Made by a program: the position numbers and the translations under genes
Shown: one piece after another, positions 8,753 to 16,648 of the stretch
Layout of the letters: the number at the start of each line of letters is the position of its first letter
Numbering within the stretch: position 1 is the first letter of the stretch
Notes under the pieces: model-generated
Database searches by the model: none
The model's input: only the letters and a program-made list of their open reading frames with translations
What the model was told of the DNA's origin: nothing
IMG/VR virus record: IMGVR_UViG_3300044970_001522
Span: 86,278 to 150,277 of that record
From: a virus
Taxonomy: Duplodnaviria > Heunggongvirae > Uroviricota > Caudoviricetes
Length of the DNA: 64,000 nt
Strand: one strand, 5' to 3'

Positions 8753-9859
8753 ATGAAAACAAAAACCGCAGCAACCGCAGCAACTGTCTTGGCTTTGACT
8801 TTCGCCTTAGCAACCCTGCTCTCGGCAACACCGGCACTCGCAGCGTCAGCCGGACGAATAAGCGGACGGAGCTTTCGCAGTTCGTCTAGCTATAACCGAC
8901 CATCTCGGTCCCCAAGTTATAAGAGTAGCCGCTCCAGCTCTCCAAGCTATAGGGCCTCTCCCTCACCGGTGCTAAGAAGCATCCCTGCACCGGGGCTGAG
9001 TAGAAGTTCAAGCTACTACGGTGGCGGCCCTTCGAGAGCGTACCGAAAAACACTACCCTATAGCAACCCCGGAAACAACAGAACGAACATTATTGTCATG
9101 CCGGACATGACACCGAACGTTTATCCGATTGCTCCTCCACTTTATTCGTCGCAAGTGGCACCAGTGCCGCAAACACCTGTGAGCCCTGCGTTCTTTTTCG
9201 TACTCCTTGCTGTGTTGGGGGCTGGGGGCTTGGCTATCTTTCTGCTGGCTGGGGGTTGGGACGACTTTGTGAGCCCATGGGTGAGTACTCAGCGGGACAA
9301 GCTTAGAAAGACGACCGTGGTGAGGCAGCGAGTGGCCTTGCTCGCCTCTGCAAAGGACCTACAAACAGACCTAATACGACTCGCTCGGCGAGGGGACACG
9401 GACAGTGCTGAGGGTCTCTCGAAGATCCTGCAAGAAACTTCCCTCGCCCTTCTTCGCCACCCCGACAAAGTTGTTTACGCGTGGAGCAGTACTGAGCAGG
9501 TGGCGTCAGGAGAGGCAGAAAGCCGATTCGACCAACTTTCCATGGAAGAACGCTCGAAGGCATCAGAGGAAGTTCTCACGAATGTGGGCGGGAGCATCTC
9601 AGAACGTGGGGTCGAATCCCGAAGGGACGTCAAGGAAAATGAGTATATCCTTGTGAGCGTGCTTGTGGCATCGGACCGAAAGCTGGATCTCAAACTGTCG
9701 GACTCGCACGAGAGCTTAAACGCCAATCTTGTAACCCTTGGTTCAGTCTCTCCTGAGGATCTGATGGCACTGGAAGTTATTTGGCAACCCGAAGACGAGT
9801 TTGATGTTCTGTCAAAGGATGAACTTTTGAGCCTGTATCCTGACTTAAACGTTCTGTAG
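8753..9859 (+). CDS. DUF1517 / FLAP1-like membrane protein
   Basis: Signal peptide ending PALA, GRISGRSF plus Ser/Arg-rich stretch, one TM helix, then LQETSLALLRHP, FDQLSMEERSK, NEYILVSVLVA, LEVIWQP. Confidence 0.8.
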   Translation: MKTKTAATAATVLALTFALATLLSATPALAASAGRISGRSFRSSSSYNRPSRSPSYKSSRSSSPSYRASPSPVLRSIPAPGLSRSSSYYGGGPSRAYRKTLPYSNPGNNRTNIIVMPDMTPNVYPIAPPLYSSQVAPVPQTPVSPAFFFVLLAVLGAGGLAIFLLAGGWDDFVSPWVSTQRDKLRKTTVVRQRVALLASAKDLQTDLIRLARRGDTDSAEGLSKILQETSLALLRHPDKVVYAWSSTEQVASGEAESRFDQLSMEERSKASEEVLTNVGGSISERGVESRRDVKENEYILVSVLVASDRKLDLKLSDSHESLNANLVTLGSVSPEDLMALEVIWQPEDEFDVLSKDELLSLYPDLNVL

Positions 9860-9877
9860 AAATAAAGTGCAAAAGAA

Positions 9878-10153
9878 GTGTCGTACAGGCACTTCCTTAG
9901 TCACTTTAAGAACCCTTATTGTTCACATGTTATAATGACTAACCAAAGAGAACCCACCCAAGAACAAGCGGCTAAATGGCAGTGGGGTGACGAGTTGCTG
10001 GAACGAAAGCTGCCGTCGCCTGAGGAACAAGCCGTAGCTGACGCCGAGCACTCACTGCGAATGGTAGCGGCAGGCCTACAGCTAGAAAAAGCGGATAACC
10101 GCCCTGAGCGGGGCGGTTTAGGCCCTTGCCTTATAGCGACAAAAACGCTATAG
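9878..10153 (+). CDS. hypothetical protein (likely start ATG 9935)
   Basis: ORF on coding strand. Confidence 0.45.
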   Translation: MSYRHFLSHFKNPYCSHVIMTNQREPTQEQAAKWQWGDELLERKLPSPEEQAVADAEHSLRMVAAGLQLEKADNRPERGGLGPCLIATKTL

Positions 10154-10154
10154 T
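10112..10154 (+). promoter_or_regulatory. sigma70-type early promoter with hairpin spacer
   Basis: GGCGGTTTAGGCCC, TTGCCT(10126)-17 nt-TATAGT(10149); TATAGCG...CGCTATA inverted repeat. Confidence 0.7.
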
Positions 10155-10160
10155 AAATGT

Positions 10161-10394
10161 ATGGAAAACTTCCGCGCCATTTGCGCTGCCCTACTCGACG
10201 AGATACCCTACGAGTCCCCCACAACGTGCCTCGCACTTGCAGCGTTGAAAGAGTCGCAGGTGAAGGGACCGACTGAAAAAGACATCTTCAATATCATTTC
10301 TTGGATGATTGACCAGAGAGTTATTGATAACGACTCCGGTGAAATATCTGAGGCGATACAGAGAGTGATTGACTTGTTTAGGGAAACACTGTGA
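10161..10394 (+). CDS. hypothetical protein
   Basis: 77-aa ORF after the promoter; NFRAICAALLDE start typical of small cyanophage ORFs. Confidence 0.6.
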   Translation: MENFRAICAALLDEIPYESPTTCLALAALKESQVKGPTEKDIFNIISWMIDQRVIDNDSGEISEAIQRVIDLFRETL

Positions 10395-11026
10395 AAATCA
10401 GATTTATTGGTGATGTACATGGCAAATGGTCGAAGTATGAGAAGCTAATCAAAGGCTGCGACCGCTCTCTTCAAGTCGGGGACTTCGGTGTGGGTTTCAT
10501 CGACCCGAAGACCGAGAAGCCATACAGCAGCCCACCCTACGACGCGATGTCAAAAGGTGAGCACTTTTTCGTACGGGGAAACCACGACAGTCCCGGTGCC
10601 TGCAAAAGACACCCCTACTGGGTGAAAGACGGGGGATCGGTGTTCGGTCGCGACGACATTTTTTGTGTGGGTGGAGCTTACTCCATCGATAGGGACCGAC
10701 GTACCGAGCGCTACGACTGGTGGCCCGACGAAGAACTGGCTTACGGTGAACTCTGCAATATTATGGACGTGTACGAGCTTGTGAAGCCGAAGGTTGTCGT
10801 CACGCATGAGTGTCCTGACTCTGTAATTTCGTTAGTGTGTCACAAAATAGGAAAGCACAAATTTGACATCCCTTCGGTAACACGAAGGTGTTTCGACAAC
10901 ATGCTCGAGATTCATAAACCGGACCTTTGGATTCATGGCCACTGGCATCTAAATCACCATACGGTGTACAAAGGTGTGGAATTTATTGGTCTTGATGAGC
11001 TATCCTTCCTCGATATGGACGTTTAA
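10391..11026 (+). CDS. calcineurin-like metallophosphoesterase
   Basis: IGDVHG, QVGDFG, VRGNHD, VTHECP, IHGHWH motifs. Confidence 0.9.
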   Translation: MKIRFIGDVHGKWSKYEKLIKGCDRSLQVGDFGVGFIDPKTEKPYSSPPYDAMSKGEHFFVRGNHDSPGACKRHPYWVKDGGSVFGRDDIFCVGGAYSIDRDRRTERYDWWPDEELAYGELCNIMDVYELVKPKVVVTHECPDSVISLVCHKIGKHKFDIPSVTRRCFDNMLEIHKPDLWIHGHWHLNHHTVYKGVEFIGLDELSFLDMDV

Positions 11027-11153
11027 TCAAGCCTCCACTCATAGGGAACGTCGTACGAAGGTCAATTACAAGGAAGCTACACCGCTATACTAAGTTTGTG
11101 GCCCCCTTTCTTTATCCCTATGAGCCTTAAATCAAAACCACCATTAAAGCAAA

Positions 11154-11723
11154 ATGACAACAGTAATTAACCTCTTCGGCGGGTCCGGTTGCGGAAAATC
11201 AACCACAGCTGCGCTCCTCTTCGCCAGAATGAAGCTGGCCGGCATTCACGTTGAACTTGTAAGAGAGTATGTGAAGTACTGGGCGTGGAACGACCGCAAG
11301 GTGCGCGAGTGGGACCAGCTTTACCTCCTTGGTAAGCAAAGCGCGTATGAGAGCATGCTGTACGGCAAAGTTGACTACATTGTTACCGACAGCCCTATAC
11401 TTCTGGCAGGAATCTACCAAGACTACCGGTCTCAAGGCAAAGACACGTACGTAAGTTCCGCCGCTCAATCCTTCATGGCTCACGCAGAGGAAAGGGGTGT
11501 AACGTACAAGAATTTCTTCCTAAATCGCATCAAGCCCTTCGACCCTCGCGGACGTTACGAAACCGAAGACCAAGCCAGATCGGTTGACGATTTTGTCTAC
11601 GACTATCTGTGCAAGTACAGTGGGTTCCGCCCAATTACAATATCTGGACCGGACGAACGCAGGGACACAGAGATTTTGAGCTATCTTGGTGAGCTACATT
11701 TTAAGGAGGCTCCCTCGCTGTGA
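11154..11723 (+). CDS. NadR/Ttd14-like P-loop nucleotide kinase (AAA_28)
   Basis: INLFGGSGCGKSTTA Walker A, ELVREYVK, IVTDSPILL, GRYET. Confidence 0.8.
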   Translation: MTTVINLFGGSGCGKSTTAALLFARMKLAGIHVELVREYVKYWAWNDRKVREWDQLYLLGKQSAYESMLYGKVDYIVTDSPILLAGIYQDYRSQGKDTYVSSAAQSFMAHAEERGVTYKNFFLNRIKPFDPRGRYETEDQARSVDDFVYDYLCKYSGFRPITISGPDERRDTEILSYLGELHFKEAPSL

Positions 11724-11902
11724 CACTAACTTTCCGAGAACTTTTAGAAAGTTTGCAGACTTTTTCTAACGATGACCTGGACAAGGACGCTACTGTGGAG
11801 GTAGACGGGGAATGTTTTGGAGTGTCCCACGTGGGAGTGTCCACAAATCTGGATGACGCACTTGATGAAGGGCACCCCTTTCTTTCAACTGCAACAAGGT
11901 AA
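11720..11902 (+). CDS. hypothetical protein
   Basis: 60-aa ORF, GTGA overlap with upstream stop. Confidence 0.55.
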   Translation: MTLTFRELLESLQTFSNDDLDKDATVEVDGECFGVSHVGVSTNLDDALDEGHPFLSTATR

Positions 11903-11916
11903 AGTGTTGCCTTAGG

Positions 11917-11958
11917 ATGGTTCCCCGGCTTGCTTTGCTGAGGCAAAGCCGCTGTAAT
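11917..11958 (+). promoter_or_regulatory. sigma70-type early promoter with hairpin spacer
   Basis: TTGCTT(11930)-17 nt-TGTAAT(11953); CTTTGC-TGAG-GCAAAG palindrome at 11933-11948. Confidence 0.6.
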
Positions 11959-11981
11959 ACGTTCATAACTCCTGAAAACCA

Positions 11982-12158
11982 ATGTCATACAACCCGGACT
12001 CAGATACCTACCCCTTCAACGACAGCGAGACTCTGTTAAACTTCCTGGACCGTCTTCTACTGGAGTCCGTGTCGTGCGAAGGAGGCCTTGTGCCCCTCAC
12101 TTCTTCTCGGTTTCAACGCCTTTCCAGGCTTGTTGAAGGTGTCTCAATTGACGATTGA
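11982..12158 (+). CDS. PrlF-like antitoxin C-terminal fragment (58 aa, not in ORF track)
   Basis: MSYNPDSDTYPFNDSETLLNFLDRLLLESVSCEGGLVPLTSSRFQRLSRLVEGVSIDD; FLxFL...PL...RL..LVEGV.ID pattern. Confidence 0.55.
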   Translation: MSYNPDSDTYPFNDSETLLNFLDRLLLESVSCEGGLVPLTSSRFQRLSRLVEGVSIDD

Positions 12159-12202
12159 CCTTGACCCCCGTTGGGCGGTGAGCGGTTAGCCCCCTTGCCT
12201 TG

Positions 12203-12244
12203 GGCGGTTTCCCCGTTTGTTTTCCAGAAGGAAAACGCTATAGT
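12203..12244 (+). promoter_or_regulatory. sigma70-type early promoter with hairpin spacer
   Basis: GGCGGTTTCCCCG, TTTGTT(12216)-17 nt-TATAGT(12239); TTTTCC-AGAA-GGAAAA palindrome at 12220-12235. Confidence 0.7.
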
Positions 12245-12268
12245 ATTTACGTGACCTTCGAAGAACCA

Positions 12269-12535
12269 ATGTCATTCAACCCAGACTGGGCTTCACCTCC
12301 AGGGTCTATCGTAAGGGAGTTACGTCTGGAGCGTAGAATTTCTCTTCACGACTTTGCGGGAGAAACAGGGTTAACCGTACCCGAAGTTCTTGAACTTGAG
12401 GAAGGGAACCTTCGCATCGACCCTCATCTAGCGGAGCGCCTTGAGTACGTGTTCGGACAACCAACTGAAAAGTTTTGGCTCACCCTTCAACTAAACTACG
12501 ACAATGACCTTAAAAGAGGAAGAAAGCATGATTGA
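12269..12535 (+). CDS. higA: HigA/VapI-family HTH antitoxin-like protein
   Basis: PDWASPPG...ISLHDFAGETG...LEEGNLRIDPHLAERLEYVFG...FWLTLQLNYD; start set at ATG 12269, downstream of the promoter. Confidence 0.8.
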   Translation: MSFNPDWASPPGSIVRELRLERRISLHDFAGETGLTVPEVLELEEGNLRIDPHLAERLEYVFGQPTEKFWLTLQLNYDNDLKRGRKHD

Positions 12536-12803
12536 GCTACTTGTAACGGAGAACAAAAGTATTGATCCCGCACGATTTTACCGAAACCGAGTTCGTGTCT
12601 TTCTCGATAGAAACTACAACTATGGTATGTGGGTAGACGAAGACAAATTGTTTGACCTTTTGTCGCTGGAGCAGAAAAAACAGTACCTTGTTGACAGATC
12701 CCCTAGTGGATGCAAGTACAATGTTACACGAGAGGTAGCACAGAGGGTTCTTGCAGTGGGGCACACTCACCTCAGTAAGCAGAAACTTCGCCCATGCTTG
12801 TGA
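12504..12803 (+). CDS. hypothetical protein (likely start ATG 12528)
   Basis: ORF on coding strand. Confidence 0.6.
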   Translation: MTLKEEESMIELLVTENKSIDPARFYRNRVRVFLDRNYNYGMWVDEDKLFDLLSLEQKKQYLVDRSPSGCKYNVTREVAQRVLAVGHTHLSKQKLRPCL

Positions 12804-13009
12804 CTCCTCGCAGGGTCGGTGACGCTGCTAGAAAAGTTATTGAGACACTTCGCGAGCTTGGTCTATCCCACTTGTACAAAGAGGACCAAGTTCTGAGAGA
12901 GATGCTGGAAAAGTTTAACAGCAAGGACTCATGGGGTTGGACCTCCCAGACTCTTGCCGATCACTGGCTGCAGAGCAATGGCTTGTGGGATTTGAACGAC
13001 AATAATTAA
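12794..13009 (+). CDS. hypothetical protein
   Basis: 71-aa ORF overlapping upstream gene. Confidence 0.55.
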   Translation: MLVTPRRVGDAARKVIETLRELGLSHLYKEDQVLREMLEKFNSKDSWGWTSQTLADHWLQSNGLWDLNDNN

Positions 13010-13055
13010 TACACCCTTCTTTAACAACCAAATTAGCTCAGCAATTACCCTTGAA

Positions 13056-15077
13056 ATGACAAACACTGTCAATGTAAACCTAGTCCAGCAAATTCAAGAC
13101 GACTACCTTGCCTACTCGCTCAGTGTAATCGTGGGGCGAGCCTTCCCTCGGTACACGGACGGGTGCAAGAGTATCTCTCGGCGCATTGTAACAGCTATGA
13201 AGTGGCTCAACTTGAAGCCAGACGGTCGCTACATGAAAAGCGCCAGGGTAGAGGGGGAGGTTATGGGTAAATTGAGCCCCCACGGCGGAAGCTACAGCTC
13301 TATTGTCACTTTGGCTGCTCCGTGGAATAATATGGCCCCGCTCGTAGACGGGCACGGGAATTGGGGGTCTTCGACAGACTCTGCGGCGTCGTCAAGGTAC
13401 ACAGAGTGCAAGCTCTCCCCTTTTGCCTGGGACTGCCTCCTCGACGACTCAGACACCTGGGAGACCATGCCAAACTACGACGGTACGCTGCAGGAGCCGA
13501 TCGAGTTGAACGCAAAGATCCCTTACGTTTTGCTCAATGGTCAAGAGGGCATTGGCGTGGGATACGCCTGTAAAATCGCCTCTCACAGTCTCCGTTCGAT
13601 TGTTGAAGCAACCAAGCTAGTTTGCAAGGAAGCGATAACGTTTGAGGCACGCGCAGAAAACCTACGAAAAGCACGGGAGGTTCTCTTCCCTGACTTTCCA
13701 ACTGGGACCCAGATTGTAAAAGACGATCAGTTGGAGCAATACTCACTAACAGGTATTGGCAGCATTCGCTGCATGGCGAAGGTTGAGATTGGTACCCAGA
13801 CCCGTAGTGGAAAGGCAAAGGACCGTCCTTCCTTAACCTTTACGAACTTACCGCCAGGAACCAATCCTGAGAAAATCGGTGAGCAAGTGAAAAATGAGGT
13901 TGAGAAGGGAAGGATTGATGGTGTCGCTGAAGTCAATGACCTGTCCGATCTTACGGGGGACTGCGTTCAAATTGTGGCCAAGCCCGGTGTGAGCCCGGAA
14001 AAGCTAAGAGATCAACTTTATGCCTACACCGACCTTGACTCCAAGTTCTCAGCGAGAACCTTAGTTATCGATGGCACGAAGCCCATAGAGCTCTCCCCGG
14101 TGGAAATTGTAGAGAAATGGGTGACATGGAGGTTGGGCAGATTACAAGTTAAATTCGAGAATGAGCTCACTCATCGAGAGGCTCGCCTGGAAATTGTTCA
14201 GGGACTGCTCAAGGCCATTGACAAGATGGACTTGATTATTAAGCGGATTCGTGCGGCAAAGGATAAATCTGAGGCGAAAGTTGCTCTAACGACCGCACCG
14301 CTGAAGTTCTCAGATAAGCAAGCTGAGGCCATTCTAGATATGCGCTTGCGTCAGCTTACGAACCTTGACCAAAACGACCTTATTGTTGAGGATAACTACC
14401 TTCAAGGCCGGATTCAAGAGCTGGTAGAGCTGTCCAGCGACGAAACCAGTGGGACTACCGCGAGACAAGTGTATATGCTCAATGAGCTCACTGAAATAGG
14501 AAAGCGCCACGGAGAGGCTCGCAGAAGCGCCCTCATAGACCCCCCGACTGGCGGTGTGGCCCGTGTTCCTGGGGAAAGCGTGAAGCGTCCTGCAGCCGCT
14601 CCAAAGCCACGGTTCCTGAAGATTGACTCGAAGAAGGGCACTGTTGAGCAGGTGAAAGGGCCACGTGGAGCTCTTGTCGTAGACCCCAAAGACAAGGTTA
14701 TTCTTATGACTGAGGACGGGACACTGAAAAAGGTGTCAGCAACCTTCAAGGGAGTTATCTCAACAGCGTACTCCGCTGTTTGCTTGGCGAAGAAGGAGTC
14801 TGAGGTTTCCTTGAAAAAATACTTAGTTGTGCTCGAACTCGACGGGCAGCTCAAAGCACTGACCCTGAGCGGAGAAGACCTTTGCAAGGTGACGAGTAAA
14901 GGCAAGAGATGGCTACCCGAAGGTTCCACACTGAGGCACTTTGGAGAGGGGGGTTTCACCCTGGACTGGGTTTCAACTCGAAAGAAGGCAATGAAACTCG
15001 ACCTGTCAGTAAAGCTCGGGAAGCCGGGGGGCAAAGGAATTAAAGTCGCAAATATAGATGAGGTGAAACTACCTTAG
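13056..15077 (+). CDS. gyrA: type IIA topoisomerase subunit A (GyrA/ParC-like)
   Basis: YLAYSLSVIVGRAFP..DG.K...RRI, KSARVEGEVMGK.SPHG, AASSRYTE catalytic Tyr, LLNGQEGIGVG, FPDFPTG, QAEAILDMRLRQLT. Confidence 0.92.
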   Translation: MTNTVNVNLVQQIQDDYLAYSLSVIVGRAFPRYTDGCKSISRRIVTAMKWLNLKPDGRYMKSARVEGEVMGKLSPHGGSYSSIVTLAAPWNNMAPLVDGHGNWGSSTDSAASSRYTECKLSPFAWDCLLDDSDTWETMPNYDGTLQEPIELNAKIPYVLLNGQEGIGVGYACKIASHSLRSIVEATKLVCKEAITFEARAENLRKAREVLFPDFPTGTQIVKDDQLEQYSLTGIGSIRCMAKVEIGTQTRSGKAKDRPSLTFTNLPPGTNPEKIGEQVKNEVEKGRIDGVAEVNDLSDLTGDCVQIVAKPGVSPEKLRDQLYAYTDLDSKFSARTLVIDGTKPIELSPVEIVEKWVTWRLGRLQVKFENELTHREARLEIVQGLLKAIDKMDLIIKRIRAAKDKSEAKVALTTAPLKFSDKQAEAILDMRLRQLTNLDQNDLIVEDNYLQGRIQELVELSSDETSGTTARQVYMLNELTEIGKRHGEARRSALIDPPTGGVARVPGESVKRPAAAPKPRFLKIDSKKGTVEQVKGPRGALVVDPKDKVILMTEDGTLKKVSATFKGVISTAYSAVCLAKKESEVSLKKYLVVLELDGQLKALTLSGEDLCKVTSKGKRWLPEGSTLRHFGEGGFTLDWVSTRKKAMKLDLSVKLGKPGGKGIKVANIDEVKLP

Positions 15078-15155
15078 GACGAAAAACGGAGTGAAACCGG
15101 GTAAAATTGGGTACGGGACTTTACGTAGGATCTTGCCCGGCTAAACTCTTAATAG

Positions 15156-15713
15156 TTGAACAGAACCATGACTGTAGTCTATCCGGTTTCCAGGTTACTT
15201 TCAAACCCCCGAATTTTCCTAGCTATCTCAAATCATTTGGGAGGAGTTCTAGATGCAGAGGTACTGAGAGACGTTTTTTACGAACTCCTGGAAGTAGAAA
15301 TTAACGGGTCTCCTGACGAAGAATGTGAGTTTTCCGCAGAAGAGGCGTGCTTTGAAGTTGAGGAGGACGGGCTTGTTTACCATATCTACTTTGACACGGG
15401 TGCGTCGTTCAAACTCGAAGTTACAGAAGACGGTTTCCACCCTCAAATTTCCACCGAGTTTGAGTTGGCGACAGCATCTGCAGTGAACAACCGGCTCATC
15501 TCAGCAATCGAAGACTCCCACCCGGAGCTCAAAGACGATATTTCGTTCGAGCACCCCCCAACACCGGGAAACAGCTTCTTAAGTTCAAAAGACGGGGAAG
15601 GATTCTCCGGTAGTTTTCACCTTCGATCGGACCCCGACAAAAAGTTTTCCTTTACAATAACCTCAGTAGACCCTGAGTCTGACCACTTAGAAGCCAAAAT
15701 CAAACCCCTTTAA
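15156..15713 (+). CDS. acidic hypothetical protein
   Basis: 185-aa ORF preceded by GGGTAAAA at 15099. Confidence 0.7.
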   Translation: MNRTMTVVYPVSRLLSNPRIFLAISNHLGGVLDAEVLRDVFYELLEVEINGSPDEECEFSAEEACFEVEEDGLVYHIYFDTGASFKLEVTEDGFHPQISTEFELATASAVNNRLISAIEDSHPELKDDISFEHPPTPGNSFLSSKDGEGFSGSFHLRSDPDKKFSFTITSVDPESDHLEAKIKPL

Positions 15714-15725
15714 AGCGAAACACCC

Positions 15726-16592
15726 ATGATGGATAACATAGTGTTTGCAACCGATAGCATGAGGTCTTCGGTTTCTTCACTCAAGAAAAAAATATCAAAT
15801 TTCAAGATCAGCATCGAACAACTCAGTTCGGAAGTAGAAAAAATTGATACAAAGTTTGACAAGCTTTTAACACAAACTGAGATATACAAGGCTAAGCTAG
15901 AACGGGAAATGGGTCGCGAGGTGAGGCGTCTTGAGCTTGAACTTACCAAGCTTCGAAAACAAGTGAAAGAGTCACTCCCCCCTGAATCTCCTTTGGAGGA
16001 CGAAACAGAGCTCGGAATAGCGTCAACACTTGCCGTTATCGAGTGCCTTCTGAGGCACATATGCGAAGGGGCAGACGACTTCAGGCTAATGAGCTACTCC
16101 TTCCTCTTCCCGGCTGTGATAGAAAGAGTTGCATCGTCTGACGACCCCGCGTACTTCATGGAAACACTCCCAGAGTCTGCACAAGTTGTGATTGACCGGG
16201 GGAGGCAGTACGTTGCATACCTAAGAGAAGACTGCAAAACTCACGTCACAGATCCCGACGCATGGGAGCAATACATAGACCAAGTTACAGACTGGTGGAG
16301 GAACGACGCTCTTCCTCTGCTTTACGGGCAACGAGACGAACAATGGGACACAGACGTCCCGCTCTCTCTTGTTGAGATTCTAATGTGGCGTGACGAACCG
16401 GGTGAGCGACCCCTACACTTCTCACCTATTTTCGACGCCTACGAAACCTATAAGCTTCACAAAGACGCTGTTTACACAAGCAGCGGTGTTCGAGCTTTCG
16501 ACCTAAAAATGCACAAATTCGACTCCGGAGCCCCCGAGGAAGAAGTGAAGCCCCCAGTCATTCTGACACGACCTGTTTACAGGAAGCCTTAA
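15726..16592 (+). CDS. hypothetical protein with N-terminal coiled coil
   Basis: 288-aa ORF. Confidence 0.75.
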   Translation: MMDNIVFATDSMRSSVSSLKKKISNFKISIEQLSSEVEKIDTKFDKLLTQTEIYKAKLEREMGREVRRLELELTKLRKQVKESLPPESPLEDETELGIASTLAVIECLLRHICEGADDFRLMSYSFLFPAVIERVASSDDPAYFMETLPESAQVVIDRGRQYVAYLREDCKTHVTDPDAWEQYIDQVTDWWRNDALPLLYGQRDEQWDTDVPLSLVEILMWRDEPGERPLHFSPIFDAYETYKLHKDAVYTSSGVRAFDLKMHKFDSGAPEEEVKPPVILTRPVYRKP

Positions 16593-16648
16593 AGCTTCCG
16601 ATACGACAACCCCCCCTACGATAAACTAAATCATAACAATTCAACGAC

